From: Candidatus Moanibacter sp.
GTDB lineage: Bacteria > Verrucomicrobiota > Verrucomicrobiia > Opitutales > UBA2987
NCBI GenBank assembly: GCA_965215885.1
Contig: CBDCEW010000105.1
Location: 367,549 to 431,548, forward strand
Reading direction: 5' to 3'
DNA length: 64,000 bases
Of the stretch, positions 22,890 through 34,400 are shown one piece after another. Below the pieces are notes generated by a model. That model was given only the letters and a program-made list of their open reading frames with translations. It had not been told where the DNA came from and made no database searches. Position numbers and translations under genes: made by a program. The stretch's first letter is position 1; each line of letters begins with the position of its first letter.

Positions 22890-23279
22890 ACCGTTCTGCC
22901 CGGGACAGATACGTGTTTAGCGTGATGCCTTCGATTACCGGCTGCCCCGGTCTTGTGCCCATAATTACGAAATTGGGTTGGAGAACCCAAAGTAAATGTT
23001 ATTCAGGCACTTGCAAGATTCTATTGATTACATAGTATGCCAGAATGGAGTTTCAACGATTGTTGTGTGTGGGTTCGTTAGAGGTAGAGAGCTTTTCCTG
23101 CAGGTTTGTTTTCAGTTAGAAACTTGTTGAGTATTAATCAGTTACAAAAGCGCTTTGAACGGGGAGTTGATTTCTGGTGGCAATTGAGTAGAAGCGAAGG
23201 GAGCTGGAGAAAGTTGGTATTGGCATTGTATGTAAAATAGAGTTTGCAGTTTTGCCTCCTTTCCATACTGTGCCGGTGC

Positions 23280-23981
23280 ATGCAAGAAGAGCTTTCGCGT
23301 AAAGAGAGGGAGGTGGTCGAAGCGGTACGGCGGGATCGGGTAAGCACGGTGTGGAGGCTGATGAAGGAGCAGAGGGTGTCGCGGCGAACGGTCTATCGGG
23401 CTTTGCAAAAATATGGCCATTACTCCAGTTACAATGCCAATTGTGGCTACCTGAGCTTGAAAGACATTCCGCGCTTTGACGGGGCCGGTTTGTGGCGTTT
23501 TCGCAAGGGGCGCTTTTCGCGCCACGGCACCTTGGAGGAGACCGTGGAGGCGGTGGTGGGAGCTTCGCTTTGCGGCTACACGGTGGCTGAGTTGGAGACC
23601 CTCCTTGGGGTACGGGTGCACAACCCCATAAGCGTGCTTTGTAGAAAGAAGCGGTTGAGTCGATACTATGAAGGGCGTCACTGCGTGTATGTCTCGGCCG
23701 GGGAACAGGGCGGGGCCGAACAGAAAAAGCGGCGGCAAGGGCGAAGAACAGCGGCACAAGTTCAGGCAGGGGACCCCGGGGGCGCTTTGCAGGCAGCTCC
23801 CGAAGGGCTCGAAACGATGGTCGTGATCGCTTTGCTGGTCGCCTGTATCGGCCATCCCGAGGCCGGGGTCAAGGAGCTTGTCGAGCTTATGCAAGAGCAG
23901 GGAGTAGAGCTGAGCGGGGAGCAAATTGAGCGGGTGATGGCGTTTTACTCGCTCAAAAAAAAACCGGACCGATCGCGGTAG
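23280..23981 (+). CDS. Transposon ORF1, predicted tandem helix-turn-helix DNA-binding protein
   Basis: VSRRTVYRAL and YTVAELETLLG HTH-like segments; ends in an A9 run (KKK) just before ORF2. Confidence 0.65.
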   Translation: MQEELSRKEREVVEAVRRDRVSTVWRLMKEQRVSRRTVYRALQKYGHYSSYNANCGYLSLKDIPRFDGAGLWRFRKGRFSRHGTLEETVEAVVGASLCGYTVAELETLLGVRVHNPISVLCRKKRLSRYYEGRHCVYVSAGEQGGAEQKKRRQGRRTAAQVQAGDPGGALQAAPEGLETMVVIALLVACIGHPEAGVKELVELMQEQGVELSGEQIERVMAFYSLKKKPDRSR

Positions 23982-23998
23982 CGGAGCTGTTACATGAT

Positions 23999-25816
23999 TT
24001 GCGGGCAGAGGCTGAACGGGCCCTGCAAACGGTGGGGGCTGTGCCTGCGCAAACGAGTTATCGCTTCGATGCCCGGGAGGACGAAGAGGGTCCTTCAGAG
24101 GTGCGCAAGACCCTGCGCCGCAAGGTGGTCAGTTTCTCCTATGGATGCTTCCAGGCGGTGGAAGTTGTGCGCGAGCAGGGGCAAGGGAGCCACCGCAACA
24201 GCTACCGTTCTGCTCGCCTGGAACAGATCGTGCCCTCGCATAGTCGCTACGCTTACGATCTGATTGCCTATGTGGGCAAGCGATGTTTGTGCGAAAGCGC
24301 CACCCTCAAAGAGGTGCACAGGGAACTGCGCGAGGGCCCGGGGCAGCTGCAGATTGCTCAAAGCAGCCTCTATGAGATGCAGCAGAAGTTTCTTTTTTAT
24401 CTGGGTCGGCTGCACGCCGCGGCCGCTCCGGTGCTTAAAGATTACCTGAGCGCTCGCCCTTGCCTGCGCTGGCTGGTGGATGGGACCGTGGAACCGCAGA
24501 CGCCGGTTTTCTTCGCTGTTCAGGAAGCCGACGAAGGGATCCTTTTGGGCAGCTGGAAAATGCCTTCCGAACAGAGCGAAACGATCAGTGGCTGTTTTGC
24601 CCGGGCGGCCCGGGCTTTTGGCCAACCCCACCATGTCTATCATGATTTAAGCGCTCAGATCAGCAAGGCCTGCGAGAGCGAAACCTTCCAGGCCCCCCAT
24701 GGCGTCTGCCATTATCATTTCGCCCGCAATGTGGGCGAACAGCTTTATCGAAAACCCCAGCAGATGCTCAACGGGCGCTTGCGGCAATTGAAGCTCATGG
24801 AGCGCATGCGCGAGCAACGCAAACACATCACCGCAAAGCTCCGTGACGCCCTCCGTGAAAAACACGCCCTCGTCCTGGCCGATTTGCTCACCGCCAAAGC
24901 GCTCGCAGTGCCCTTCGATCCCACCCTTGCACGGGAACTGCTCATGGCCCTGCAATTGTGGATTTTGGATTATCCCTGCGACGGTCACCGCCAGGGCTTT
25001 CCCTTCGATCCTTACCTGCTTTATTGGCATCGGCGGGTCGTGCGCGCCCATGCCGCCCTGGAGCAGTGGCTTGCCCGCGCTCCTGCCAGTTGCTCTGTTC
25101 TGCGAAGCTTCTTTCATCTTTCGACCGGGTTGAAGCAGTATCTGGCTGATGCCCTCGTCATCGAAGCCGCTACTATCTATGAAAACGCTTTTTGCATTTT
25201 CAGCGCTTTGCGCGATGCCCTTTGGCTCAGCGCCAGCGGCCCCTGCCCTTTAAGCGACCCTTATCTGTTGCAAGCAGGACAAGCCGCTGAGCTCACCGAG
25301 GCTCTCCAGTTGCTGCGTGCCCAATATCGCCAAAAAGGCGCCTCCCTGACCAACCCCTCGAAAGCCAAACTCTACCGCACCGTGGTCACTCATCTGGACA
25401 AATACTGGCAGCGGCTGCTTCCCCCACCGGCCCATCCAGACAGCGTACGCACGACCAATGAGCTGGAAGGCACCTGGCGCACCTCCAAGCGCAAACGCCG
25501 TCAAACCCACGGGCGCAAAAATCTGACGCGCGACTTTGAAGCGCTCCCCGAAGAATACATGCTCCTGGCCAACTTACACAATCCCCGCTATGTGGAGCTG
25601 GTTTTAGGCAGTATCGATAATCTGCCCCAAAAGCTTGCCCAGGCTGCACAGAAAGCACCCCCCTTCAGTCACTGGCGGGCGAACAGAAAAACCCTCGCCG
25701 TGGGTCGATTGCCCAAAAAGCTCCTGCGAAAAGAAAACTTCCTTGAGGAACTCTTCGAAGTCTGTAATCGCCAGGATCAATCCTTAAACCCGCAACCCCA
25801 TCGGATTGCCTCCTGA
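23999..25816 (+). CDS. Transposon ORF2, putative DDE transposase with a large helical insertion
   Basis: WLVDGT (D1), YHDLS (D2), CHYHF (CxxH), RTTNELEG (E); this spacing is typical of Mutator/IS256-like enzymes; only a TTG start, and the frame is open back to the A9 run. Confidence 0.75.
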   Translation: MRAEAERALQTVGAVPAQTSYRFDAREDEEGPSEVRKTLRRKVVSFSYGCFQAVEVVREQGQGSHRNSYRSARLEQIVPSHSRYAYDLIAYVGKRCLCESATLKEVHRELREGPGQLQIAQSSLYEMQQKFLFYLGRLHAAAAPVLKDYLSARPCLRWLVDGTVEPQTPVFFAVQEADEGILLGSWKMPSEQSETISGCFARAARAFGQPHHVYHDLSAQISKACESETFQAPHGVCHYHFARNVGEQLYRKPQQMLNGRLRQLKLMERMREQRKHITAKLRDALREKHALVLADLLTAKALAVPFDPTLARELLMALQLWILDYPCDGHRQGFPFDPYLLYWHRRVVRAHAALEQWLARAPASCSVLRSFFHLSTGLKQYLADALVIEAATIYENAFCIFSALRDALWLSASGPCPLSDPYLLQAGQAAELTEALQLLRAQYRQKGASLTNPSKAKLYRTVVTHLDKYWQRLLPPPAHPDSVRTTNELEGTWRTSKRKRRQTHGRKNLTRDFEALPEEYMLLANLHNPRYVELVLGSIDNLPQKLAQAAQKAPPFSHWRANRKTLAVGRLPKKLLRKENFLEELFEVCNRQDQSLNPQPHRIAS

Positions 25817-26000
25817 CAACGACTCCAGTGCCCTCCCTCTGCTCCCCATTTTCTTCATGCTCTAACCAGAGAACTCCACGCAATTTGCGTGCCAACCGAA
25901 ATTCAGAACGATGGGCACAAGACCGGGGCAGCCAGCAATCAAAGGCTCACTAAACACGTACCGCGATTTGCCATCCAGGCTCCTAGACCGCATTCTCAGT

Positions 26001-26426
26001 TCATTCCAGCATATTGACGCGGCGTTCATGCCGACCGCCATGGAAAGGGGTAGCGAGCCAAAGACGAACGATCTCCAGAGCAGTATCCATATCAATCATA
26101 CGCTGTCCAATAGAGAGCATGTTGGCATCGTTGTGCTCACGCGAAAGTCTAGCCGTTTCAAGATTCCAACAGAGAGCACATCGAATCCCATTCACCTTGT
26201 TTGCGCACATCGCTTCACCATTTCCCGATCCGCCGAGAACGATACCGCGTTCGCAGCGTCCTTCCGCAACTGCTTGAGCGGCGGGACGAATGAAGAGAGG
26301 ATAATCCACCGAATTGTCGCTCTCTGTTCCAAAATCCTCCACTTCATGGCCCAATTTGAAAAGGAGCGTCTTTATGGCCTCCTTGTATTGGTATCCCGCG
26401 TGGTCTGTCCCCAGTGAGATTTTCAT
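26001..26426 (-). CDS. rpiB: Ribose-5-phosphate isomerase B
   Basis: GTDHAG, SVDYP, GGSGNGE..ANKV.GIR, REHNDAN, F.GGRH.RRV. Confidence 0.95.
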   Translation of the reverse strand: MKISLGTDHAGYQYKEAIKTLLFKLGHEVEDFGTESDNSVDYPLFIRPAAQAVAEGRCERGIVLGGSGNGEAMCANKVNGIRCALCWNLETARLSREHNDANMLSIGQRMIDMDTALEIVRLWLATPFHGGRHERRVNMLE

Positions 26427-26679
26427 GGAAAGTGATCGCTAATTTGAGCCTGTTCGAAAAGGGTAAACGTCCTCTGTTGTGAGCGCTTTGGGAGTCCCGC
26501 CCAGCGGGACAATGCGGATCTGCTCGGAACAACCTGTAAACGAGGTTTTCCTATTCCGGGCCTCGACTGTCAATACGGTACCATGGTTACGCACGGAATC
26601 ATCCAAGAATAACCTTCGAATTGCCAGATCTGAAGAAATCGGCAAGCATTCATTCCTTTTCCGGGATAGATTGCGGCTA

Positions 26680-27846
26680 ATGATGCTACTCCATCGCTAT
26701 ATTTTCACATCAGTGTTGTTCTCAAGCGTTGCCGCAGTTGGCCTTTTCGTATTTGTCCTTCTCACGGGAAACGCCTTGAGGGATATAATCGGTTTACTGG
26801 CGGCCGGCCGTCTCTCCTGGAGCATGTTTTTCGAGCTCTTGCTGCTTCTTGTTCCCTATGTGTTCTCCTATGCGATGCCTCTGGGGATCTTGACGGGCAT
26901 CCTGATCGTGTTGGGCCGCTTATCTGCCCAGCGCGAGATTGTTGCGCTGAAATCGGCCGGTTTATCCATCTGGCACCTTGCCGCTCCGATATTTGCGATC
27001 GCTTTGATCGGCGTTGTTGTTTCCTCCTTCATTAACAATTACTACGCGCCCAACGCCAAGATCCGCTATCGAACGATGCTATTAAATGTTGTCAGGGAAG
27101 ATCCTTTGCGTTTCGTGCGGGTCGGCGCCCCCATACACGAGTTTACCGGTTATGTTCTCTACGTAGGAAGCAAAGCGGGAAATTCCTTGGAGGATTTCTG
27201 GATTTGGGAACTCGATGAAAATCATCGGGCGACAAAACTCTTAAGAGCCCAAAGGGGGGAGTTTGCTTACGATGAAGACTCCGACGCTCTCGTCCTTACT
27301 CTGCGGGAAGGGTTCTCAGAACTTCGCAACCAACGAAATCCAGATGATCTTAGCAGAGTGGGGTTCACCGCATCATTCAAGGAAGCGCGCATTCGCCTCC
27401 CGCTCGATCACATTCTCGGAAAGAGGCGCGCATATACGAGCCTCTCGGCCCTTAACCTGGGCGCTCTTTTGCGAAGGAAATCTGAGTATTCCCCTGACAT
27501 AGAGCAGTTCGATCACCTCCCCGAATCGAAGGATGGGCAGCGGTCCAGATTGGTCGAAGAGAGAGTCCGGGTGCAGTTTCAGATACAGAGAAACTTTGCC
27601 ATGGCATTTTCGATCATTTCCCTCGCATTTATTGGTGTTCCTCTCGGTATCAGGGTAGGGCGCCGGGAGACGTATGCCAATCTCGCCCTCGCGCTCTTTC
27701 TTGCCCTTGCCTATTACTTCCTGATAATTGCAGTGGGATGGTTCGAAAAGCAACCGGCGTTCCGACCGGATCTGCTTGTCTGGTTGCCTAATTTTGTCTT
27801 CCAGGGGTGTGGTCTCTGGATGATCGTGAGGGCGAATCGGGTTTAG
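26680..27846 (+). CDS. LptF/LptG family LPS export permease
   Basis: LLHRYIF, GRLSAQREIVALKSAGLS, VPLGI, WLPN; ATG at 26680. Confidence 0.9.
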   Translation: MMLLHRYIFTSVLFSSVAAVGLFVFVLLTGNALRDIIGLLAAGRLSWSMFFELLLLLVPYVFSYAMPLGILTGILIVLGRLSAQREIVALKSAGLSIWHLAAPIFAIALIGVVVSSFINNYYAPNAKIRYRTMLLNVVREDPLRFVRVGAPIHEFTGYVLYVGSKAGNSLEDFWIWELDENHRATKLLRAQRGEFAYDEDSDALVLTLREGFSELRNQRNPDDLSRVGFTASFKEARIRLPLDHILGKRRAYTSLSALNLGALLRRKSEYSPDIEQFDHLPESKDGQRSRLVEERVRVQFQIQRNFAMAFSIISLAFIGVPLGIRVGRRETYANLALALFLALAYYFLIIAVGWFEKQPAFRPDLLVWLPNFVFQGCGLWMIVRANRV

Positions 27847-27921
27847 CTTCTTGACCCGGTCTGTCGGGTCAGATATCCTCTGGTGCAATACTGAAACTGC
27901 TTCTACTTTGATTGTTTCTCT

Positions 27922-30900
27922 ATGAATTTGTTAGTGGGCTTGGTGTCGAAATTTCCGAAAGCAAAGGAAGAATCACCGGGGGTTTTCGTGCGAATTTTTA
28001 TCCGAACCTTATTGTTCGGCTCTATTGGAGTTTTCTGGCTGTTCTCTTCCGGTTATTCCCAGGTCACGAGCACTTGGGAGTGGAAACAGGATGGCAGTGT
28101 CATTCCATGCCAGCCAAGTGATCCCAATCCGGCTGCGAGCATCGTTTGGACAGATACCCCGGAATGGCAAAAAGACGAAATCATGGGTCCGTCGCCATGA
28201 TTCAACATTGACCCGCCTCAGGTTATCTTGCAGCCCGGGAACTGGTCGACCGTTCTCTACCCGGACAACGCCAGAGGCGGCGGCGATTACAATGTCGTCA
28301 TCAGCTCCGGTCCGGAGCCGGTCCTCCTGGATACGGCGGAAATCAATCAGCTTACTGTGTCAGCTCCTCTCCAACTCGGATTCAGGGGACAGCTGACGAT
28401 CGCCGGTGGATTGGGGGAAAATACCAGTACCATAAGGCTGAACGACACATCGGGATCTTCGGGTCAACCTCCCGGCGCTGATACATCCCGCCTGCGATTC
28501 AGCGCGGACGCTCAGCTAATGGGAGCGACATCGGGACAGATTCAATTCGTCTCGCCCAATTTCAACGTGATCGAGTCGACTGCTCCTGGAATAACGCTGA
28601 CGATTGATTCTAATCAATCTATTGTCACGACTCCGGGAGGCGGTACCGCCTCCGGTAATAAGGGAGAGATTGGGATCGATCTGATCAATAACGGCCTCAT
28701 TCATGCCGACAATGGAACGATCCTGGTCAGTTCCAGCACGGTAACGAACAATGCGACATTAAGCGCGACCAACTCCGCCAACCTCGATATCTCGACCGGA
28801 AACTTCGACAACAGCAACGGTCAGATTACCGTTGATGCCACAAGCGGAGGGGAATTTATGAACAGTTCCATCTCGGGGGGAAATATTACTATTTCGGGCT
28901 CCGTCTTTTTTAACGCCTCCACCTTCTCCAATCTGAACATAGACGGAGGCGGGACGGTTACAATATTTAACCCCTCTTCCTTTAACAGCGTGGAACTGGA
29001 TTTGGGCCAAATCAATGTGAACACGAATCTGACTATCTCGGGAGAGACCGGCAACAACTCTTTGTTAATTTTGATTTCTGCCAGTCTGAAAATCGAAGGC
29101 AATGTGGACTTGTCGGGAATGGGCCGGATCGAGTTCAACACAGGCGGCGGAAACGGTATTTCGGGCAGCGGCGCCGGGCCTAACGTATTGAATATCGGAT
29201 CCGATCAGACCATCACGACAGATGGGGACGGGACCTTCGGTCCGATCGATGTCGACTTCGTTAATGAGGGGCAGATATTCGCCGATGGGGACGGGAGCCG
29301 GATTAATTTTGGCAATAACACGAATTCGACAAACAATGGTACCATCGCCGTGATCAATGGGGCGGATCTCGATTTTTTTATTACTTTGGATAATTCGAAC
29401 GGGCAGATCAGCGTGGATGCGACAAGCACAGCCGAGTTGGGAGGCACTATTATGGGAGGAAACGTCACTCTCGACGCGGGTGTTTTCTTCAACGCAGTCA
29501 CATTTGAGGGGGTGAATATGAACGGAAGTGGAACCGCGACCGTATTTAACGGTTCGCGCATTGACGGTGGGGCGTTGAGCCTTGGAGGCGTGTCCATTTC
29601 CAACCAACCGCTCACCCTAGGCGGCGCTCTGGTTAATAATGCGACCATCGCGCTCAGCGATCCATCTGCAGCGCCGGGTGGTGCGTCGCTTTTGGTAGAC
29701 GGTGCGGTAAGCCTCGGTGGTAACGGCCGGGTTGAGTTTTCAACTGCGCACTCCAACTCCATCGGGATCGCCGCGAATCCGGCGACGGATATCCTTACAG
29801 TCGAGGCAAATCAGACTATCGCGACTACAGCCGGCTCGAGCGGATTTATAAATCTAATGGTGATCAACAACGGAATTATCGAAGCCGATGGGGGCACCAT
29901 AACGTTCAGCAATGCGTTGACCAACCCGGGGCTTTTTCGGGCGCAGAATGGAGGCACCATAACCCAGCAGGCGGATATCGACAATACGGGAGGGACCATC
30001 TCAATATTGCCGGGGAGTACTTTCAATCTGGGCAGTGGCACGGAGATTGTCGGCGGCCTCATCGACGGCGGTGGATTCATGGGATTTATCGGTGACGGAA
30101 TCGTTATCTTCGATGGGGAGGGTATGGAGATTCGCGACGTAACGATTCAAATGAACACGCGGCAAACGATTGAGCCGAAGGGAATCATTACCAATAACGC
30201 CACAATCCTTCTCAATGACACGAATTTGGGGTGTGGTCAGTTCTTCAGCGAGGCTTCAAATATATACTTCAGAGAATCTGTTACAATAAACGGGACCGGG
30301 GAAATTGTCTTCAACACTTCTGAGTGCAATCAGTTTGTTGACTTGGTTGCCGGCATCTCATTCACCAACAGCGGCGGGCATACCTTAAGCGTACCGGAGG
30401 GCAATTACGGTCTCATCCGGATCGGTATGATCAACGAAGGGCAGATAAAGGTCGAAGGAGAACTGGAATTCTCGTGCTTCAACTTGACCAACGCGGCCGG
30501 TGGGAGCATCACGGGGAGCGGCATCTTGGATCTGCAGGGTGGAACCTTAATAAGCAGCGGTGATTTCGCGCCGGGAGATTCTGCCGGGACACTGAATATT
30601 CAGGGCACCTATACGCAGGATGCATCCGGATCGCTTTCGATCGAGATCGGCGGTTTAACAGCCGGCGGTAACTATGACCAATTGGCAGTTACGAACATTG
30701 CGAACCTAGACGGTACTTTGGATATTTCCCTCATTGACGAATTTACCCCCAGCGAAGGGCAGGTCTTTACAGTCCTGACTGCTTCGTCCGTGAGCCAGAC
30801 GTTTTCCAACATCCATCAGCCTCCTGATATGCCAAACGACCTGTTTTTCAGGGTAACTTACCTGGCAAGTTCGGTTACTTTGACGGTGGTTAAGATAAAT

Positions 30901-31315
30901 ATCTACAGTCTTTGGGTTGAGGCCAGGTTCCAACCGTCGGAACAGTCTGACGCCAACATAAGCGGGTTTGACAAGGACCCGGATGGAGACGGGCTGGCAA
31001 ATCTTCTCGAATACGCCTTTGTCCTCGATCCCAATTCCCCAAACGGCCGACCGATCGAGGTCGGCACAGCGGCGGAGGGAAATGATACTCTTTTTACGAT
31101 TACCTTTCCCTTTCCATCGGACTCGGGGAATACCGATCTGATACTGGACGTGGAAAGTTCAACGACTCTCCAAACGGCCAGCTTGGTCAACCGTAGGCTT
31201 TAACACCGAAACGCCGGTGCCCCAGGGAAATGGAATCGACCTCGTGACCGTGAAAGTGACTGTTCCGATTGGAGTTGGGCCGACATTTTATCGGCTTGTC
31301 CTCCAAATCGATTGA
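27922..31315 (+). pseudogene. Large secreted Gly/Asn/Thr-rich beta-helix adhesin-like protein with an in-frame TGA and a 1-nt insertion
   Basis: Signal-peptide-like segment in 27922..28200 is in frame with 28228..31203 across TGA 28198-28200; N.G.I.A..G repeats; autotransporter-passenger-like APGDSAGTL...YDQL.V; DPDGDGLANLLEYAF; true C-terminus WSTVG...TFYRLVLQID* lies in the +1 frame after ~31183. Confidence 0.8.
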
Positions 31316-31316
31316 T

Positions 31317-31382
31317 CTAGCAATCTGTCGGGCGTATTCCGCCTATTCCGTGAAATGGGCGGAATACGCCCGACAGATTCCT
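31317..31382. repeat. Hairpin of the CTAG-AATCTGTCGG family (may also act as a terminator)
   Basis: aatctgtcgggcgtattccgcctatt / aaatgggcggaatacgcccgacagatt long stem. Confidence 0.75.
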
Positions 31383-31438
31383 TCGAAGTTGTAATCTGAG
31401 AATATCTCCCCTATTTATTGCGCAGATTGAACTGAGAA

Positions 31439-34400
31439 ATGTATCTGAAGAATCTGCGGATAAACGGCTTTAAGAGCTTCGCTGATGCCACCCAGATTGC
31501 CTTGGAGCCGGGTGTTACCACGGTGGTCGGACCCAACGGCTGCGGTAAGAGCAACATCGCCGACGCAATTCGTTGGGTATTGGGCGAACAGAGTGCGAAA
31601 TCGCTGCGTGCCGGCCTCATGCAGGATGTCATTTTCCAGGGTGCGGAAACGCGAAAACCGGTGAATCTGTGTGAAGTGTCTCTCCTCTTCAGCGACTGTG
31701 AAAGTGAACTTGGAACCGCTTATAATGAAGTGGAGATTACGCGCCGCGTATCCCGGGATGGTGCCAGTGATTATTTCCTAAACGGTAAAAGTTGTCGGTT
31801 GAAAGATATTAATAGCCTTTTTCTTGATACTGGTGTCGGGCGCGTCTCCTACTCCTTTATGGTTCAAGGCCAGATCGATCAGATTCTCTCCACCAATCCC
31901 GCGGAACGCCGGACGATATTCGAAGAGGCGGCGGGCATCTCCAAATACAAGGCACAACGGCGTGAAGCATTGAATAAACTCAACCTCGTGGACACGAATC
32001 TTGCGCGAGTCACCGATGTAATGGAAGAATTGTCGCGGCAAATCGGATCCCTTCGAAGGCAGGCCGGCAAGGCACTGCGTTTTCAGCGTATAAAGAAGCG
32101 ATTAACGCATCTGGATCTTGCACTGAACGCCAGCAAGTTTAGCGAATTGAGCGAGACGGTAGACTCGGTAGAAGAGGAGGCGGTAACGCTCCGAAAGCAG
32201 TCGGTAGCTCTCACTAAGGTCCTGATCGGACGCGAAGAGGGACTGAATGCAAAGAGAGAGGATCGCAGTGTGCTCTATGAGTCGTTGAGAAGTTCTCAAC
32301 AGACAGTTTTTGATCTACGATCGGAAAAGGAGCAGGCGGAGAATAAGGCCGAGTTTTCCGAGATTCGCGGTAGAGATCTCAGTGAAAGGATCGCCGATCT
32401 GAAGGTGGAGATTTCAGTTTTTGGAAAACAGAAAGATACGCTTGTTGAACAGGCTGAAGGGGACTCTCGTGACAAAGAGAAACAGCTCAGTGTGGTAGGT
32501 AATTCTGATGACGTCTATAAGGAGCGAAGTGAACAACTCGACGTCGTGCAAAGGAAAATTTCGGAAGCGGCGAGTGAAATCCAGCAACAAAGACAGGATA
32601 TCCTGGTGACGGAGAGCAAGGTCACCCGATTGCGTTCCGAATGCACGACTTTGGAGATCGACCAGAAGACTTATCAGGTTCGCCACTCCAAGATCAGCGA
32701 AGAGATCTTTGTCTCCAAGAATGACTGCATTGAATTGGAGAAGGGTTTGAAGGCCATCCAAGAAGCCTTGAAAACTCGGCTTAAGGATAAGGAAAAGGAA
32801 GAGGCGGGCTTGGAGAAACTTCAGAAGGATTTGGGCACCCTCAAGGAGGAGTTTCGCAGCCTCCAGACTGAAATCCTGGAAGTTGATCGTAAACTGGCTC
32901 AGGAGACGGCGCAGTTGAGTATTCTCGAGGAACTCAAGGAGAAGTTGGAAGGTTTCAGCGATGGTGCGAAAGCGATTCTGCGCGGTGAGCTGAAGGAAAC
33001 CCTGGAGAAGGATTCCTTTCGTGTCCTGACCAAGAATCTCCTGATCGAGAGTGGGTATACCAAAGCTATGATCGGCTTGTTGGGATCGGCCGTCGACGCC
33101 ATTATATTGGATGATCCAGGTAGGGTGATTTCGGTCACGGATCAGTTGGAAGCGCGGAAGCTGGGAAGGGCCTGCCTTCAGGTAGAAGCGCCGCCGAGGA
33201 CGTTCAGTAGCAGGAAGGACCATCCGGAATCGTTGCGGCGCGCGGAAGATGTGGTGGGCACGAATGAACCGAAGCTGGAACGATTTCTGAGTAATCTGTT
33301 GAGCGACTGCTACTTCTGTGAAACGCTGGCGGACTTCCTCGAGTTCTGGCGAGAAAATCCCACTTTCGAGTTTCTCTTTGTCGCCACGCGCAACGGTGAA
33401 CTTGTTGACCGCCGTGGTCTGATATACAGTGGGCATAAGCGGGGAGAGTCCGGCACCTATCTCGAACGCGAGTCTGAGATTAAGACGCTCCGGCGGAATA
33501 GTGCGGACAACGAGCAGAAACTTACCAACTTGCGCAAGAAAGACGACAAGCTCCTTGTTCGACTCGATAAGGCCGAGAATGATCTGGAAGTTAAGCGAAA
33601 GACTATTCTCGAGATTGCCCAGGAGCTCTCTACTGCGAGAGGACAGGAGCTCGTAGCGAAGGAAAATCTGGAGCAGGATAAGCGTAGGATGGCGGAAGGG
33701 GAAAAAGAGCTGAGCGCCCTCGAGAAAAGCAAGGAGAAGTCTGAAAAATCGTTGACTGATTCCCAGGGGCAACTGCAGGACGCGGAGTCAGAATTGGAGC
33801 AATATAAACTTGGCGTCGGGGAGATCGAGAAGAAGCTCGAAAAGTTCAGAGAGGAACGTGAGATCAATAGGGATAAGGTCTCCGATGTGCGCATTGAACT
33901 CGCCGAAAAACGTCAGCAGCTTGAGACTATCGATCGGGGGCTTGGAGAAATTGAAAGACAGACTGCAGAGTTGGATCAGCTGATACTGAAGCGTAATCAG
34001 GAAGTCGATACCTTACATGAACAGATAGAGGGCTTGGAGGAAGAGTCGAAAGAACAAAAAAATAGGGCAGCGGAAATTGAAAAAACCCTAAAAGTGACGA
34101 GTGAAACCTTGGAAAGAGATCGCACGCGTTTACTCGATACCGAACGCGAAATAAAGGAGCTCGAAGAGTCCCTCGCCACCCAGCGTGAAGAACACCACAA
34201 CGTAGAATCCGAGCTCAATCGGCACGAAGTTCAATTGGCCAGACAATCGTCGGAGCTGAATTTTCTCATCGAGGAAGTGCGTCGAGAGTATGACGTCGAT
34301 CTCAGATCTATCGACTGGAAACGGGAGTTGTGGTTAGCCGGCGATCGCCTTGTGGAGAGGGTCAAACTTGATATGGATAGCGAATCCGCTTTCGAGGAGG

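Larger units (their letters stand above)
22910..25960 (+). mobile_element. Two-ORF transposon with ~70-bp imperfect terminal inverted repeats (Mutator/IS256-superfamily-like)
   Basis: TACGTGTTTAG...GGCTGCCCCGGTCTTGTGCCCAT...GGTTGG at 22910-22981 is inverted at 25892-25960; encloses an HTH-rich ORF and a DDE-like ORF. Confidence 0.8.

Noticed and set aside
22780..25990. Small ORFs beginning MGTRPGQP (22780-22962, 25911-26417; similar peptide at 51871-52074) as a peptide family
   Set aside because: The shared peptide is just the translated terminal inverted repeat
26445..26675. Possible MITE starting gagcctgttcgaaaagg upstream of the lptF-like gene
   Set aside because: The candidate right end is too degenerate and there is no second copy in the window
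28198..28200. Selenocysteine or read-through at the in-frame TGA
   Set aside because: No redox-motif context or convincing SECIS-like hairpin, and the gene has a second independent lesion
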